From NCBI GenBank assembly GCA_051013385.1, contig CP143273.1:928001-992000 (forward strand): 64,000 nt of DNA. Reading direction: 5' to 3'. Shown one piece after another: positions 20,101 to 30,451 of this stretch. Every line of letters starts with the position of its first letter. Position 1 is the first letter of the stretch. The DNA is from Phormidium sp. (GTDB lineage Bacteria > Cyanobacteriota > Cyanobacteriia > Cyanobacteriales > Aerosakkonemataceae). A program made the position numbers and the translations under genes. The notes below the pieces were generated by a model, which searched no databases, was not told the DNA's origin, and saw nothing but the letters and a program-made list of their open reading frames with translations.

Positions 20101-20994
20101 AGAATTGATGTATTAGCAAATCTTTCCGGTATTTTCCGCGATAGTTTTGTTAATATTATCGAACTTTTAGATGATTTGTTTCAACGTGCAGCTGAAGTAG
20201 ATGAACCAGAAGAGCAAAACTTTATCCGCAAACACGCTTTAGCATTGCAAAAACAAGGTGTAGAAAATGCCACTGCACGCTTATTTTCTAATCCTGCTGG
20301 TGATTATGGTTCGCTAGTAAACGATCAAGTTACTGCTTCAAATTGGGAAACAGGCGATGAATTAGCGAACACTTGGCAAGGGCGAAATGCTTTCAGTTTT
20401 GGCAGAAAAGATAAAGGAGAAGCGCGAACCGAAATCCTCAATCAATTGCTGCAAACAACAGAAAGAGTTGTGCAACAAATCGATTCCGTTGAATATGGTT
20501 TAACTGACATTCAGGAATATTACGCTAACACTGGCGGATTGAAAAAAGCAGCGGAAAAACAACGAGGGAAAAAGGTTACTGCTAGCTTTGTGGAAAGTTT
20601 TTCTAAAGATACAACTCCCCGTAATTTAGAAGATTTGCTGCGAATGGAGTATCGCACAAAATTATTAAATCCCAAATGGGCACAAGCAATGGCAGATCAA
20701 GGTAGCGGTGGCGCTTATGAAATTTCCCAACGGATGACAGCGTTAATTGGTTGGGGTGGTGTTGCTGATTTTACTGATGATTGGGTTTACGATCAAGCTG
20801 CGGAAACTTATGCGTTAGATGCAGAAATGGCAGAGAAATTACGCAAAGCAAACCCCGAAGCTTTCCGCAATATTATTAGCAGAATGTTAGAAGCAAATGG
20901 GCGTGGTTTTTGGCAACCAACTCAGGATAAGTTGCAAAGATTGCGTGATTTGTATGATTTGACAGATGAAGAATTGGAAGGTGTTACAGTTTGA
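17101..20994 (+). CDS. bchH: Magnesium chelatase subunit H (BchH-type paralog) with two repeat-derived in-frame insertions
   Basis: GFPLVGGPA, VHFGMHGTVEWLPG, YAANNPSE, LPTGRNIHALDP and LLNPKW. Confidence 0.93.
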   Translation: MKRIVLIAGFESFNAQLYRKAADLAVARCPELDIRVFSDRALTTEPDKVEAALQGADVFFGSLLFDYDQVLWLQERVKNIPIRLVFESALELMSLTQIGAFKIGDKPKGMPKPVKFILDKFSNGREEDKLAGYISFLKFGPKLLKFVPVQKVQDLRNWLIIYGYWNAGGTENVSAMFWTIAEKYLGLKVGEISPPIETPNMGLLHPNYQGYFTSPRQYINWYLVVQASCLPLDNSDRQDACPTNTNSSKPDRQDACPTNTKPIVGILLYRKHVITKQPYIPQLIREFEKAGLTPLPIFINGVEGHVAVRDWMTTAYETAQRKQGKIETPSLSDEAVEVDAIVSTIGFPLVGGPAGSMEAGRQVEVAKRILSAKNVPYIVSAPLLIQDIHSWTRQGVGGLQSVVLYALPELDGAIDPIPLGGLVGEDIYLIPERVKRLTGRLKKWINLRQKPPAERKIAIILYGFPPGYGAVGTAALLNVPKSLINFLNALKEQGYTVGEIPEDGEELIRLVKEADTEKVSREEFNQSNKVHVNTLEKWLGYLLTTRIEKQWKSLTETGIKTYEDEYQIGGIQLGNIWIGVQPPLGISGDPMRLMFEKDLTPHPQYAAFYKWLQNEFEGDAIVHFGMHGTVEWLPGSPLGNTGYSWSDILLGNLPHLYIYAANNPSESMLAKRRGYGVLISHNVPPYGRAGLYKELVTLRDLISEYREDPQKNYVLKEAICKKIVDTGLDADCPLEEARKLGIAFTPENVRMFSADVFNNYLVKLYEYLQVLENRLFSSGLHVLGEPPNEEEMASYLNAYFGEERTGETPIPQQTEKLWDRHLARETEKLWDGHLARETEKLWDGHLARETEKLWDGHLARPEALQIRDLLMQTTDELTNLLRGLNGEYIPPAPGGDLLRDGAGVLPTGRNIHALDPYRMPSPAAYERGREIGQKIIAQNLKENGQYPETIAVMLWGLDAIKTKGESLGILLELVGAEPIKEGTGRIVRYELKPLAEVGHPRIDVLANLSGIFRDSFVNIIELLDDLFQRAAEVDEPEEQNFIRKHALALQKQGVENATARLFSNPAGDYGSLVNDQVTASNWETGDELANTWQGRNAFSFGRKDKGEARTEILNQLLQTTERVVQQIDSVEYGLTDIQEYYANTGGLKKAAEKQRGKKVTASFVESFSKDTTPRNLEDLLRMEYRTKLLNPKWAQAMADQGSGGAYEISQRMTALIGWGGVADFTDDWVYDQAAETYALDAEMAEKLRKANPEAFRNIISRMLEANGRGFWQPTQDKLQRLRDLYDLTDEELEGVTV
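17770..17882. repeat. REP-like GGCATCTTGCC/GGCAAGATGCC element, in frame inside bchH
   Basis: TGACAGGCAAGATGCCTGTCCTACAAATACAAA occurs at 17805 and 17850 (45-bp period) with an inverted partner near 17770. Encodes DRQDACPTNT twice. Confidence 0.85.
19512..19680. repeat. Four 36-bp tandem units of the same REP-like family, in frame inside bchH
   Basis: CAGAAAAATTGTGGGAT(A/G)GGCATCTTGCCCGT starts at 19541, 19577, 19613 and 19649. Encodes TEKLWD(R/G)HLAR four times. Confidence 0.95.
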
Positions 20995-21012
20995 TAAGGA
21001 GGAAATTGAACG

Positions 21013-21243
21013 ATGATTAATCCGTTGATTGAAAAAGAAATTCATACTCAACTAGAAAAGTTGAATTTGCAGCAACAAATTAAAGTTCTTAACTTTGCTA
21101 AATCTTTAGCAGGAACAATGCCTGTTGGTGTTCCCGGCAAAGATCTTTTGCAATTTGCTGGTATTCTTTCACATGAAGAAGCAAAAGAGATGTTGGAGGC
21201 GATCGAAGAAGGGTGCGGAAAGGTTGATTTGAATGAATGGTAG
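21013..21243 (+). CDS. Putative VapB-type antitoxin
   Basis: 76 aa, AAGGAGG RBS, GKDLLQFAG motif; overlaps the downstream PIN gene. Confidence 0.75.
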   Translation: MINPLIEKEIHTQLEKLNLQQQIKVLNFAKSLAGTMPVGVPGKDLLQFAGILSHEEAKEMLEAIEEGCGKVDLNEW

Positions 21244-21622
21244 GTTTTTGGTAGATACAAATATAGTTGTTGCCTTCCTTGAAGGAGAAACTTCAGTTCA
21301 AACACGCTTTACTGAAGCTGAGGCAATATTTGTGCCAAGCATCGTAATAGGTGAACTCTATTATGGTGCTTACAAATCTGCGCGTGTAACAGCTAATATT
21401 ACAAGGGTAGATGAATTTATTCCCCGCTACACTATTCTTGCTTGCGATGCAGTGACAGCTTTACTGTACGGGCAAATTAAGAATCTTTTACGACAGAAAG
21501 GGCGACCTATTCCTGAAAATGATATTTGGATTGCTGCTATTGCAATACAATATCAGTTAACCTTGGTATCCCGTGATTCAGATTTTCAGTACGTTGATCA
21601 ATTGATGGTAGAAAATTGGTAA
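21233..21622 (+). CDS. vapC: VapC / PIN-domain toxin
   Basis: LVDTN, IGELYYG, PIPENDIWIAA and LVSRDSDF. Confidence 0.93.
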   Translation: MNGRFLVDTNIVVAFLEGETSVQTRFTEAEAIFVPSIVIGELYYGAYKSARVTANITRVDEFIPRYTILACDAVTALLYGQIKNLLRQKGRPIPENDIWIAAIAIQYQLTLVSRDSDFQYVDQLMVENW

Positions 21623-21650
21623 TTTGCCGATCGATTTAGGGAAGTATAAA

Positions 21651-21872
21651 ATGTCAAACACATTTACTGCAATCTTTGAAAAAGTAGACGATTGGTATAT
21701 TGGTTATGTTGAAGAATTATCCGGTGCCAATGTACAAGAAAAAACCTTGGAAGAAGCAAGAGAAAGTTTACAAGAAGCTATAGAATTAATCCTAATATCT
21801 AACCGCGAACTAGCTGAAAGAGAACTTTTTGGTAAAGATGTAATCCGCGAACAGATCAAGGTGAATATTTAG
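21651..21872 (+). CDS. hicB: HicB-family antitoxin (short form)
   Basis: WYIGYVEELSGANVQEKTLEEARESLQEAI; ATG at 21651. Confidence 0.85.
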   Translation: MSNTFTAIFEKVDDWYIGYVEELSGANVQEKTLEEARESLQEAIELILISNRELAERELFGKDVIREQIKVNI

Positions 21873-22057
21873 TGAAACGAAGAGAACTCATTCAATATTT
21901 AGAATTAAACGGCTGCTTGTTTCTTCGAGAAGGTAAAAAACATACCGTTTACTATAACCCATTGAATCGTAAAACATCTGCTATTCCCAGGCATACCGAA
22001 ATTGTTGACGTTCTTGCTAGGAAGATTTGCAAAGATTTAGAAATACCTCAACCTTAG
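21872..22057 (+). CDS. hicA: HicA-family toxin
   Basis: LREGKKHTVY and IPRHTEI...ICKDL. The GTG start overlaps the hicB stop. Confidence 0.9.
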   Translation: MKRRELIQYLELNGCLFLREGKKHTVYYNPLNRKTSAIPRHTEIVDVLARKICKDLEIPQP

Positions 22058-22199
22058 AAAGGCTAAAATGTTGTACTTTGTTGTCATAATTCGGCTCTCC
22101 CGTCAGTTCATTAGCTAACCTCTTTTCTTCCTCTTCTCTTCGCGTTTTTTGCGTCCTTTGCGGTTCAAAAAAAAGAGATTAATCAACGCCACTTGAGTA

Positions 22200-23387
22200 T
22201 CAAATATCCGTATCTTCATACAACTCCAACAAATTTTGCTGTTGAGTTTTCCGCGAAGTCCGCCGATACTTCTTCGCTTCTAATCTCGGTTCAAATTGAT
22301 TCCCACCCTTGCGTTTAGTTTTCACTTTCATAACTGCATCAGGATCGGATTGTTGATTTAAATGTTCTTGGTGTGCGATCGCACCTTCCAAAAACTCCAA
22401 ATAATGCTCATACCTCTCCCAATCTCCCCGCACCGCACAGTTAGGCTCATCCCGATGTGAACAATCACTAAACTGACAATAATTTTCAGCCAAACGCTCT
22501 CTAATTTCAGGAAAATACTGTGTTAATTCTTCAGGACTACAATCAAGATCCGGCTGATTAAAACCAGGAGTATCTGCTAAATAACCGCCCTTTGGTAACT
22601 CAAACAATTCAACGTGCCGAGTAGTATGTCTTCCCTTACTTAATTTCCCCGAAACTTCACCCACCCGCTGTTCCAAACCGGGAATTAAATAATTAATTAA
22701 ACTCGTTTTTCCCACCCCTGAAGGCCCAGCCAACACTGTAATTTTATTACTTAATTTAGCAGTCAATTCATCTAAACCACTGCCATCATAAACACTAATA
22801 AATATTGATTCATAACCCCAAGCTGATAAGCGATCGCGCCAAGCTTCTCGTACTTCCAAACTCACCAAATCGCTCTTATTCAAACATAAACTCACATCCA
22901 ACTCAGTAGACTCCGCCTTCACCAAAAATTTACTCAGTTGAAATGGCTCTAAATCCGGTTCTGCTAAAGCAAAAACTAAGATAATTTGATCGGCATTCGC
23001 GATCGGAGGTCGATCGAGTTCCGTCTCTCTCGGTAAAACCTGCGCGATCGCACCCCTTCCCCCCGCCCAGTCAGGCTCTTCAATCTCTACGCGATCGCCC
23101 ACCATCACCTGCTGACCGATTTTCTTCAACCTCGCCCTACGGGTACATAGTAATTCGGAACTGGGGACTGGGGACTGGGGACTAGGAGAGTTTTGTAGGG
23201 GCAATTCATGAATTGCCCCTACAGAATTTTCTTGCCCCTCTGCCCCTCTGCCCCTCTGCCCCTCTGCCCCTCTGCCCCTCTGCCCCTCTGCTCCCAGCTT
23301 CACCCGATAAAAATTTGCCTGCACAGCTAACACAGTTCCCCACAGAGGAGAAACTGCGTTATCGTCATCTGCGACACTCATGCTCAA
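22200..23387 (-). CDS. rsgA: Ribosome small subunit-dependent GTPase with a repeat-derived insertion
   Basis: NKSDL, GPSGVGKTS, GRHTT, DTPGF and zinc site CQFSDCSHRDEPNC. Confidence 0.95.
   Translation of the reverse strand: MSMSVADDDNAVSPLWGTVLAVQANFYRVKLGAEGQRGRGAEGQRGRGAEGQENSVGAIHELPLQNSPSPQSPVPSSELLCTRRARLKKIGQQVMVGDRVEIEEPDWAGGRGAIAQVLPRETELDRPPIANADQIILVFALAEPDLEPFQLSKFLVKAESTELDVSLCLNKSDLVSLEVREAWRDRLSAWGYESIFISVYDGSGLDELTAKLSNKITVLAGPSGVGKTSLINYLIPGLEQRVGEVSGKLSKGRHTTRHVELFELPKGGYLADTPGFNQPDLDCSPEELTQYFPEIRERLAENYCQFSDCSHRDEPNCAVRGDWERYEHYLEFLEGAIAHQEHLNQQSDPDAVMKVKTKRKGGNQFEPRLEAKKYRRTSRKTQQQNLLELYEDTDI
23161..23288. repeat. Composite repeat insertion in rsgA: (CTGGGGA)n, 28-bp GTAG palindrome, (TGCCCCTC)7
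   Basis: GTAGGGGCAATTCATGAATTGCCCCTAC at 23195-23222; octamers at 23233-23288. Confidence 0.9.
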
Positions 23388-23635
23388 CTCGCAGGTCGCC
23401 GGACTAAAATGGCAAAAAAGCCAGTCCGGTCTTCTATTTGTTCAATGCGATAACCTTCCATCGTCAGGCTATCAGGAACCTGCTCGATCGGCTCTCCGGG
23501 ATCTAACCATACTTCCAACAGAGAACCGGGAGCCATTTGTTCCAAGCGCAGTTTCGTGCGGACAAAATTAATCGGACAGGGAGTGCCTCGCAGGTCTAGC
23601 TGGGCATCCGGGGTAGATAGGGCAGAGTTACTCAT
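23384..23635 (-). CDS. tusA: Sulfurtransferase TusA/SirA family protein
   Basis: [13 protein letters not shown] and WLDPGEP. Confidence 0.9.
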   Translation of the reverse strand: MSNSALSTPDAQLDLRGTPCPINFVRTKLRLEQMAPGSLLEVWLDPGEPIEQVPDSLTMEGYRIEQIEDRTGFFAILVRRPAS

Positions 23636-24774
23636 TTGTGGAAAATATTTCCAAAGAATCCTTCAATGCCGCCTTTACCAGTGCGTTCGCCCCTAATTTT
23701 AGCCAACTTTTCTAACAATTCCCGCTCCTCTGGAGTGATCCGGTTAGGAATTTCAATTTCCACAGTAATCAGATGATCTCCCCGACTCACTGGGTTGCCT
23801 AACTTCGGTACACCGCGATTTTCCAATTTTAGAACCGTATTGGGCTGCGTACCAGGGGGAATCGTCAACTCTTGTGGGCCATCCACTGTATTGACTTCCA
23901 GCCGACCTCCCAAAATTGCTTGTAAGTAGCTAATTTCAATCTGCGACAGGATATTAATTCCTTCCCGCTTAAATTCTGCGTCTTCGTTGACAAACAAGTA
24001 TACATACAAGTCACCTGGAGGGCCACCGCGTTGACCGCTATCGCCCTCAGAAGCAACACGCAGACGAGTACCATCATCCACGCCAGCGGGAATGGTAATT
24101 TTCAGCTTTTTAGTAATTTGCTTTTGACCCCGACCATCGCAGGTTTCGCACTTATCTTCAATCACCTGACCGCTACCGTTACAGGTAGGACAGACGGAAA
24201 CTTGAGTAAAGCTGCCAAAAGGAGTGCGTGTCACTCGCCGCACTTGACCGGAACCTGTACAGGTAGCACAAGTCCGAGGTCGAGTCCCTGGTTTAGCACC
24301 TGTACCGCTGCAAGTTTCACAGGTTTCTAGGTGAGAAATGCGAATTTCCTTCTCACCGCCAAACACAGCTTCCCGGAAGTCTAATTTTAAATCTAACCGC
24401 AGGTCATCGCCTCTAGCGGGGCCTGTAGGTCGTCGCCCAGTGCGAGTCCCGCCTACGCCGCCGCTTTGACCCGCGAACCCGCTAAAGAAACTTTCAAAAA
24501 TATCGGCAAAACCGCCCATGTCGCCTAAGTCTTGAAAGCCTTGTGCTGCTGCGCCTTCTACTCCGGCATGACCAAAGCGATCGTAACGCGCCCGCATTTC
24601 TGGTTCGGAAAGCACTTCGTAAGCTCGGTTAATTTCTTTAAAGCGGTCTTCCGCCCCAGGTTCTTTGTTCACATCTGGGTGGTACTTACGAGCCAGACGG
24701 CGGTAGGCTCGCTTGATTTCTTCTTGGTCGGCGTTGCGAGCAACACCTAGAGTTTCATAATAATCGGTGGACAT
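23632..24774 (-). CDS. dnaJ: Chaperone DnaJ
   Basis: HPD J-domain, G/F region and four CxxCxGxG repeats. Confidence 0.98.
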   Translation of the reverse strand: MSTDYYETLGVARNADQEEIKRAYRRLARKYHPDVNKEPGAEDRFKEINRAYEVLSEPEMRARYDRFGHAGVEGAAAQGFQDLGDMGGFADIFESFFSGFAGQSGGVGGTRTGRRPTGPARGDDLRLDLKLDFREAVFGGEKEIRISHLETCETCSGTGAKPGTRPRTCATCTGSGQVRRVTRTPFGSFTQVSVCPTCNGSGQVIEDKCETCDGRGQKQITKKLKITIPAGVDDGTRLRVASEGDSGQRGGPPGDLYVYLFVNEDAEFKREGINILSQIEISYLQAILGGRLEVNTVDGPQELTIPPGTQPNTVLKLENRGVPKLGNPVSRGDHLITVEIEIPNRITPEERELLEKLAKIRGERTGKGGIEGFFGNIFHK

Positions 24775-24789
24775 AGAGGACTGGTACAG

Positions 24790-24945
24790 GTTTAAGTTTT
24801 AAGTTATGAGTTTTGAGTTCTGAGTTTTAAGTTATGTAGTTAACTCAAAACTCTCGAATTGAGTGGCAGGATAGCTTTAAGTTTTCAGTTATGAATTTTC
24901 AGTGAAAATTTTCACTCTCTCACTCAAAACTCAAAACTCAAAACT
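24790..24945. repeat. Degenerate heptamer tandem repeats (TTTTGAG/TTATGAG and inverted CTCAAAA)
   Basis: STRR-like arrays in inverted arrangement. Similar arrays at 41253-41325 and about 31600-31735. Confidence 0.7.
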
Positions 24946-24949
24946 ACTA

Positions 24950-26911
24950 TTAGTCTACGGCTTCGTAATCTGCACTCACCGTGTTTTCATCTTCAAAGTT
25001 GAAATCGAAGTCTTCGTCCTCACTAGCTACGGTTACTGCTTCATCTACAGGCTCCGCAGCCGAGGCGGAGTAGGAATCTACAAATTCAGTTTGACTTTGG
25101 TTAGCCTGCTGATATACAGCTGCACCAATATCAAAGAGCATTTGTTGGAAACTATCTACTAATTGTTTCATCTCTTCTAAAGAGATGTAAGGATCGGCGA
25201 TCGCTCCTCTTAATTCTGTCGCTCTTTCTTTCGCGTAGACTTGCATTTCGTCGCTAATGAATTGACTATTATCTTTCATTGTCGATTCATAGCTATAGAA
25301 CAAGCTATCAGCCTGATTCTTCATTTCAATTAGTTGTTTGCGTTTCCGGTCTTCCTCGGCAAACATTTCCGCTTCTTGCCGCATCCGTTCCACTTCCGCG
25401 GTCGTCAAACCACCCGTATTAGTAATCCGAATGCTTTGCTCTCGACCCGTACCTTTATCTTGCGCCGCTACTTTGAGAATGCCATTCACATCTATCTCAA
25501 ACGACACTTCAATTTGTGGCACTCCTCGTGGTGCTGGGGGAATCCCTGTGAGCAAGAATTTACCCAAACTCTTGTTATCACGAGCCATTGCCCGTTCCCC
25601 TTGCAAGACGTGAATTTCCACCGATGTTTGTCCATCGGTAGCGGTAGAAAATACTTGAGATTTGCTTGTCGGAATAGTAGTATTCCGGTCAATAATTTTC
25701 GTAAACACCTCGCCTAAAGTTTCAATTCCCAAGGACAGAGGTGTAACATCCAACAGCAGCAGGTCTTCTACTTCCCCACTTAACACGCCGCCTTGAATCG
25801 CTGCACCTAAAGCTACAGCTTCATCTGGATTTACAGATCGATCGGGAGTTTTGCCGCCAAAGAAAGATTTTAGTGCCTCTTGAACTGCCGGAATCCGAGT
25901 CGAACCACCTACCAGAATAATCCGATCGATATCCCCTGCCTTCAAATCAGCATCTTTAAGAGCTTGGTTCATTGGTTCGATCGTGCTTTCCACCAAATGA
26001 CTGACCAACTCTTCAAAGTTCGCCTTCGTCAGTGACATTTCCAGATGTTTTGGCCCACTTTCATCTGCCGTAATAAACGGCAAATTAATCGAGGTCGTCA
26101 CCATGCTGGACAGTTCAATTTTGGCCTTTTCCGCCGCTTCTCGCAACCTCTGAAGCGCCATTTTATCAGCACTCAGGTCTATTCCCTCTGTTGCTTGGAA
26201 ATTCTCAATCATCCAATGGACTATGCAGTTGTCGAAGTCATCGCCACCCAAATGGTTGTTCCCAGATGTCGCTCTGACTTCAAATACCCCATCACCTAAT
26301 TGCAGGATCGAGACATCAAATGTGCCCCCTCCCAAGTCAAATACCAGCACTAACTGCTCTTCATCTTGTTTATCCAAACCATAAGAAAGAGCAGCAGCGG
26401 TCGGCTCGTTAATAATTCTTAACACTTCCAGTCCGGCGATCGTCCCAGCATCTTTGGTTGCCTGCCTTTGAGCATCTGTAAAATAGGCAGGCACCGTAAT
26501 CACTGCTTGTTCTACGGGTTCTCCCAAGTAATTTTCCGCATCCTGCTTCAACTTTTGCAGAATCATCGCCGAAATTTCCTGGGGAGTGTAAGCTTTAGAG
26601 CGCACTTTCACATCAACCGTATCGTCTTTCCCTTTAACGCAGTTATAAGGAACTTGGGATCGCTCGATCTCCGTATCATCCCAACGACGACCAATGAAGC
26701 GTTTAATGCTGTAGACTGTATTTTCGGCATTCATGACCGCTTGTCGCTTCGCTAGTTGACCGACCAACCGCTCGTCAGCTTTGCCAAATCCCACTATACT
26801 AGGCGTGGTTCGCCCTCCTTCTGAGTTAGGTATGACGATCGGTTGACCGCCTTCTAGAAAGGCGACACAACTATTCGTAGTGCCCAGGTCGATGCCAATA
26901 ACTTTTCCCAT
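24950..26911 (-). CDS. dnaK: Chaperone DnaK
   Basis: [19 protein letters not shown] and LVGGSTRIP. Confidence 0.98.
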   Translation of the reverse strand: MGKVIGIDLGTTNSCVAFLEGGQPIVIPNSEGGRTTPSIVGFGKADERLVGQLAKRQAVMNAENTVYSIKRFIGRRWDDTEIERSQVPYNCVKGKDDTVDVKVRSKAYTPQEISAMILQKLKQDAENYLGEPVEQAVITVPAYFTDAQRQATKDAGTIAGLEVLRIINEPTAAALSYGLDKQDEEQLVLVFDLGGGTFDVSILQLGDGVFEVRATSGNNHLGGDDFDNCIVHWMIENFQATEGIDLSADKMALQRLREAAEKAKIELSSMVTTSINLPFITADESGPKHLEMSLTKANFEELVSHLVESTIEPMNQALKDADLKAGDIDRIILVGGSTRIPAVQEALKSFFGGKTPDRSVNPDEAVALGAAIQGGVLSGEVEDLLLLDVTPLSLGIETLGEVFTKIIDRNTTIPTSKSQVFSTATDGQTSVEIHVLQGERAMARDNKSLGKFLLTGIPPAPRGVPQIEVSFEIDVNGILKVAAQDKGTGREQSIRITNTGGLTTAEVERMRQEAEMFAEEDRKRKQLIEMKNQADSLFYSYESTMKDNSQFISDEMQVYAKERATELRGAIADPYISLEEMKQLVDSFQQMLFDIGAAVYQQANQSQTEFVDSYSASAAEPVDEAVTVASEDEDFDFNFEDENTVSADYEAVD

Positions 26912-27035
26912 AGATCGCGGCAGTTTCTCGAAGAGTGCTTCTGTTCAGGCTTGTTGTAAATTAGGTTTGGTAGATTGAAATTTTAAAGATTTTCAATTGA
27001 ATTTACAATCTCAAATCTAAAATCACCAACACCCC

Positions 27036-27752
27036 TTAACTTTCCGGTGACTCAGGCTGACTTTCCTCTGAGGGTACCATGTGCTCAAAAGGAGCAGCAA
27101 CTTTCACCACCGCATGACGCAGGACTCGTTCTCCCAAAAAATACCCGGGAATCAGTTCATCAATCACTGTTCCTTCTGGATATTCATTAGTTGGTTCCTG
27201 AATCGCCGCCTCATGTAAATTCGGGTTAAATTCTTGCCCCTTCGGACGCATCGCCGATACTCCCAAACTTTTCAGAGCCGTTACCATTTGCTTGTAAATG
27301 CTTTGATAGCTTTTGTGAATATTTCTTTCTGCGTCTGTTTGGGGCTTTATTTGAGCTTGTGCCCGCTCAAAATTATCCACTACTGGTAAGAGCGACGAGA
27401 GAGTATTACACTTGACCTGCTGATCCAACTCTTCCTTTTCTTTTTGGCTGCGCTTGCGGAAATTATCAAAATCCGCCGCAATTCGCATATATTGGCTGGT
27501 ACGTTCTTCCAGTTGCGTTTTTAACAGAGCTACTTGCTGTTCTAAGGCCGCGATTTCCGCTTCCATTTCTTCCCATTCGGTGGCATCGGCTGCAAAAGAG
27601 ATTTCCTGATCGGAGATCCCATCGGTTGTGGCTACTTCCGAATTTAGCTCTGTTTCCAGATTAGCTGACATCCCGGCTGAATTGTTGTTCTCTTCAGCAA
27701 CGTTAGCGTTTATATTTTCCGTTTGTTCTGTCTGTTTAGATTCTTCTATCAT
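27036..27752 (-). CDS. grpE: Nucleotide exchange factor GrpE
   Basis: AADFDNFRKR, LPVVDNFERA, FNPNLHEA and LRHAVVKVA. Confidence 0.97.
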   Translation of the reverse strand: MIEESKQTEQTENINANVAEENNNSAGMSANLETELNSEVATTDGISDQEISFAADATEWEEMEAEIAALEQQVALLKTQLEERTSQYMRIAADFDNFRKRSQKEKEELDQQVKCNTLSSLLPVVDNFERAQAQIKPQTDAERNIHKSYQSIYKQMVTALKSLGVSAMRPKGQEFNPNLHEAAIQEPTNEYPEGTVIDELIPGYFLGERVLRHAVVKVAAPFEHMVPSEESQPESPES

Positions 27753-28295
27753 CGTCCACTCACCCAGTTAAGAGACTGCTAGCTACTGCGAACTAATTGC
27801 TCTAAAAATAGATTTGGCGCTAGCTCCCCCTTAACTTTACAAAAAAAACCGTAATAAAGGTCACTTTTTCTTGGTCATCGAATAGCTAGTTGTCTAATTT
27901 CTTGAACTAGTCAATCCCTGTTAATTATTCTACTTTGCTCTTTAGGAACAAGGTAATACTTTCCTAAAATCTATTATCAGCCTCTACTTAAAGGGTTGGT
28001 TAAGGCTATCATCTTGGAAAGGTAGAAGAAAAATACCCTCCCTTGACTGACTCATCTATGAGAAATGGTAGTGCTGACCACAAATCCCGATTAATTGGGT
28101 AAATTTGTGAGTTTAGCTTAATTTCAGACTCAAAACTTGTACTGCATTTGCCGGAGAAACTGTAGCTTCCTAAAGCGGCAATTTTTAAATTCGGGATTCC
28201 CCTTATCGGAAAATTCAGTATTCGAGATCGCAGTCTAGTGAAAATTTGGCAAAAACTTTTGGGAATACTCTATAAGGAGAACTTCTGCATCAGCT

Positions 28296-30293
28296 ATGAC
28301 TAACTCTTCATCATTTTCAAAACGCACCTCAACCAGCCTGATAGTCCAAAACTTTTCGCCCTTTGGCAATAAGTTGATTCAAGTGGGCTATGTTAATCCT
28401 GAGCAAATGAAACAAGCGATGGTCGAAAGTCGCTCATCAGGAAGACCATTAACAGAGATTCTAGAGTCGCTAACCGGAAGACAGTTGCCCCCAGACTTGT
28501 TACGTCAGTACAAGAAACAGCAGCTGTTTGAATTAAAGATTCTCTTTGGTGTGGAATCTCTCGATCCAGAAATCAACGATGTCCCTGTTAATCAGCTAGG
28601 GGAGTTGATTGACTCATTAATTCCGATCGATATCTGTCGCCGTTATCGTTTAGTGCCTTTATCTAAAAATGATACTCAGCCGCCTAGTGTGCTGATCGCT
28701 ATGGTCAATCCTGATGACCTAGAAGCCTTAGATGACTTGAACCGGATTTTACGGCTTCAAGGTTTGGCATTGCAACGGATGGTGATTACCAGAGAAGACT
28801 ATGAGCAACTGATTACTAAGTATTTAGATGAATTAGCTGCAAGCACAGCCCTAAAGGCTGACGATAACCGAGTCAAGATCGACGACATCATAGATGGGCT
28901 GGATATAGAAGGTTTAGAAGCTGTACCCAACGAAGAGCAAGACCTTGACGCAGACGGTAAGGAGTCATCAGCGCCAATTATTAACTTGGTGAACAAGATT
29001 TTGATTAAGGCTTTGCAGGAAGGTGCTTCCGATATTCACGTTGAGCCGCAAGAAGAGACTTTAAGGATTAGATTTCGTAAGGATGGGGTCCTGCAACAGG
29101 CATTTGATCCTTTACCGAAGCAAATTATTCCGGCGGTGACGGCTCGGTTTAAGGTAATTTCGGATTTGGATATTGCGGAACGCCGACAAGCACAAGATGG
29201 TCGGATTCGCCGGATGTTTAATGGACGTAAGATTGACTTCCGGGTGAGTACGTTACCTAGCCGCTATGGGGAAAAGGTGGTGTTGCGGATTTTGGATAAC
29301 TCGTCAACTCAGCTGGGATTGGATAAGTTAATTACTAATCCAGATACGTTGGCGTTAGTCCGAGAAATGGCTAGTCGTCCGTTTGGGTTGATTCTGGTAA
29401 CGGGGCCTACGGGTTCTGGTAAGTCAACGAGTTTATACTCGGTGTTGGCAGAACGGAACGATCCGGGAGTAAATATTAGTACAGTAGAAGACCCGATCGA
29501 ATACACTTTGCCAGGGATTACTCAGGTGCAGGTAATTCGGGAAAAAGGCTTAGATTTTGCGACGGCGCTGCGGGCTTTCTTGCGACAAGATCCAGATGTG
29601 ATTCTGGTGGGTGAAACGCGGGACAAAGAAACGGCGAAAACGGCGATCGAATCAGCATTAACAGGTCACTTAGTATTAACTACTTTACACACGAATGATG
29701 CGGCGGGTGCGATCGCTCGTCTAGATGAAATGGGCGTAGAACCATTCATGGTGTCCGGTGCTTTACTCGGTGTATTGGCACAACGGTTGATGCGGCGCGT
29801 TTGTCCTGATTGTCGCATTCCCTATACACCCGAACCGGAAGAACTGGCTCGTTTTGGTTTAACTGCTTCTGGTGATGTAGACCTGTTAATTTACAAGGCG
29901 AATACCATCCCACCAGCCGAAAGACCCAATGATAAAAACCTCTGCAAAACTTGTAAGGGAGTAGGCTACAAAGGTCGGGTTGGGGTTTACGAAGTATTGA
30001 AAGTTACAGAAAATCTGCAACTTTTAATTAGTCAAGGCGCACCCACAGAACGCATTAAAGAAGCGGCTGTAGAAGAAGGCATGGTGACATTGCTGGCATA
30101 CAGCTTACAGTTGGTAAGGGAAGGTCGGACTACCCTAGAAGAAGTAGAGCGCGTTACCTTTACTGATTCAGGGTTAGAGGCAGAATTAAAAGCCAAACGC
30201 AAGAGCGCCCTTACCTGTCGCGTTTGTGATGCCGGACTACAACAAGAGTGGATTGAATGTCCTTACTGCCTAACACTCAGGTTTAGCGAATAG
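28296..30293 (+). CDS. pilB: Type IV pilus assembly ATPase with C-terminal Cys4 domain
   Basis: GPTGSGKS, LRQDPDVILVGE and TLHTNDA; C-terminal CRVC...CPYC. Confidence 0.96.
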   Translation: MTNSSSFSKRTSTSLIVQNFSPFGNKLIQVGYVNPEQMKQAMVESRSSGRPLTEILESLTGRQLPPDLLRQYKKQQLFELKILFGVESLDPEINDVPVNQLGELIDSLIPIDICRRYRLVPLSKNDTQPPSVLIAMVNPDDLEALDDLNRILRLQGLALQRMVITREDYEQLITKYLDELAASTALKADDNRVKIDDIIDGLDIEGLEAVPNEEQDLDADGKESSAPIINLVNKILIKALQEGASDIHVEPQEETLRIRFRKDGVLQQAFDPLPKQIIPAVTARFKVISDLDIAERRQAQDGRIRRMFNGRKIDFRVSTLPSRYGEKVVLRILDNSSTQLGLDKLITNPDTLALVREMASRPFGLILVTGPTGSGKSTSLYSVLAERNDPGVNISTVEDPIEYTLPGITQVQVIREKGLDFATALRAFLRQDPDVILVGETRDKETAKTAIESALTGHLVLTTLHTNDAAGAIARLDEMGVEPFMVSGALLGVLAQRLMRRVCPDCRIPYTPEPEELARFGLTASGDVDLLIYKANTIPPAERPNDKNLCKTCKGVGYKGRVGVYEVLKVTENLQLLISQGAPTERIKEAAVEEGMVTLLAYSLQLVREGRTTLEEVERVTFTDSGLEAELKAKRKSALTCRVCDAGLQQEWIECPYCLTLRFSE

Positions 30294-30451
30294 CAGCGAT
30301 CGAGTTATTGGTCATTGAGTCATTGGTCAAAGGTGCATCGAACAACTAGCAATGAACAAAAAAACAAAAGTAAAAATGACAAATGACCAAAACTATTTGG
30401 GCAAACTAAGAATACTAAACAAATAAATCTACTGCTAACGGAGACAGTCTT

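Noticed and set aside
30200..30293. PilB C-terminal Cys4 extension as novel
   Set aside because: This is a known feature of cyanobacterial PilB1, the Hfq-interacting region.
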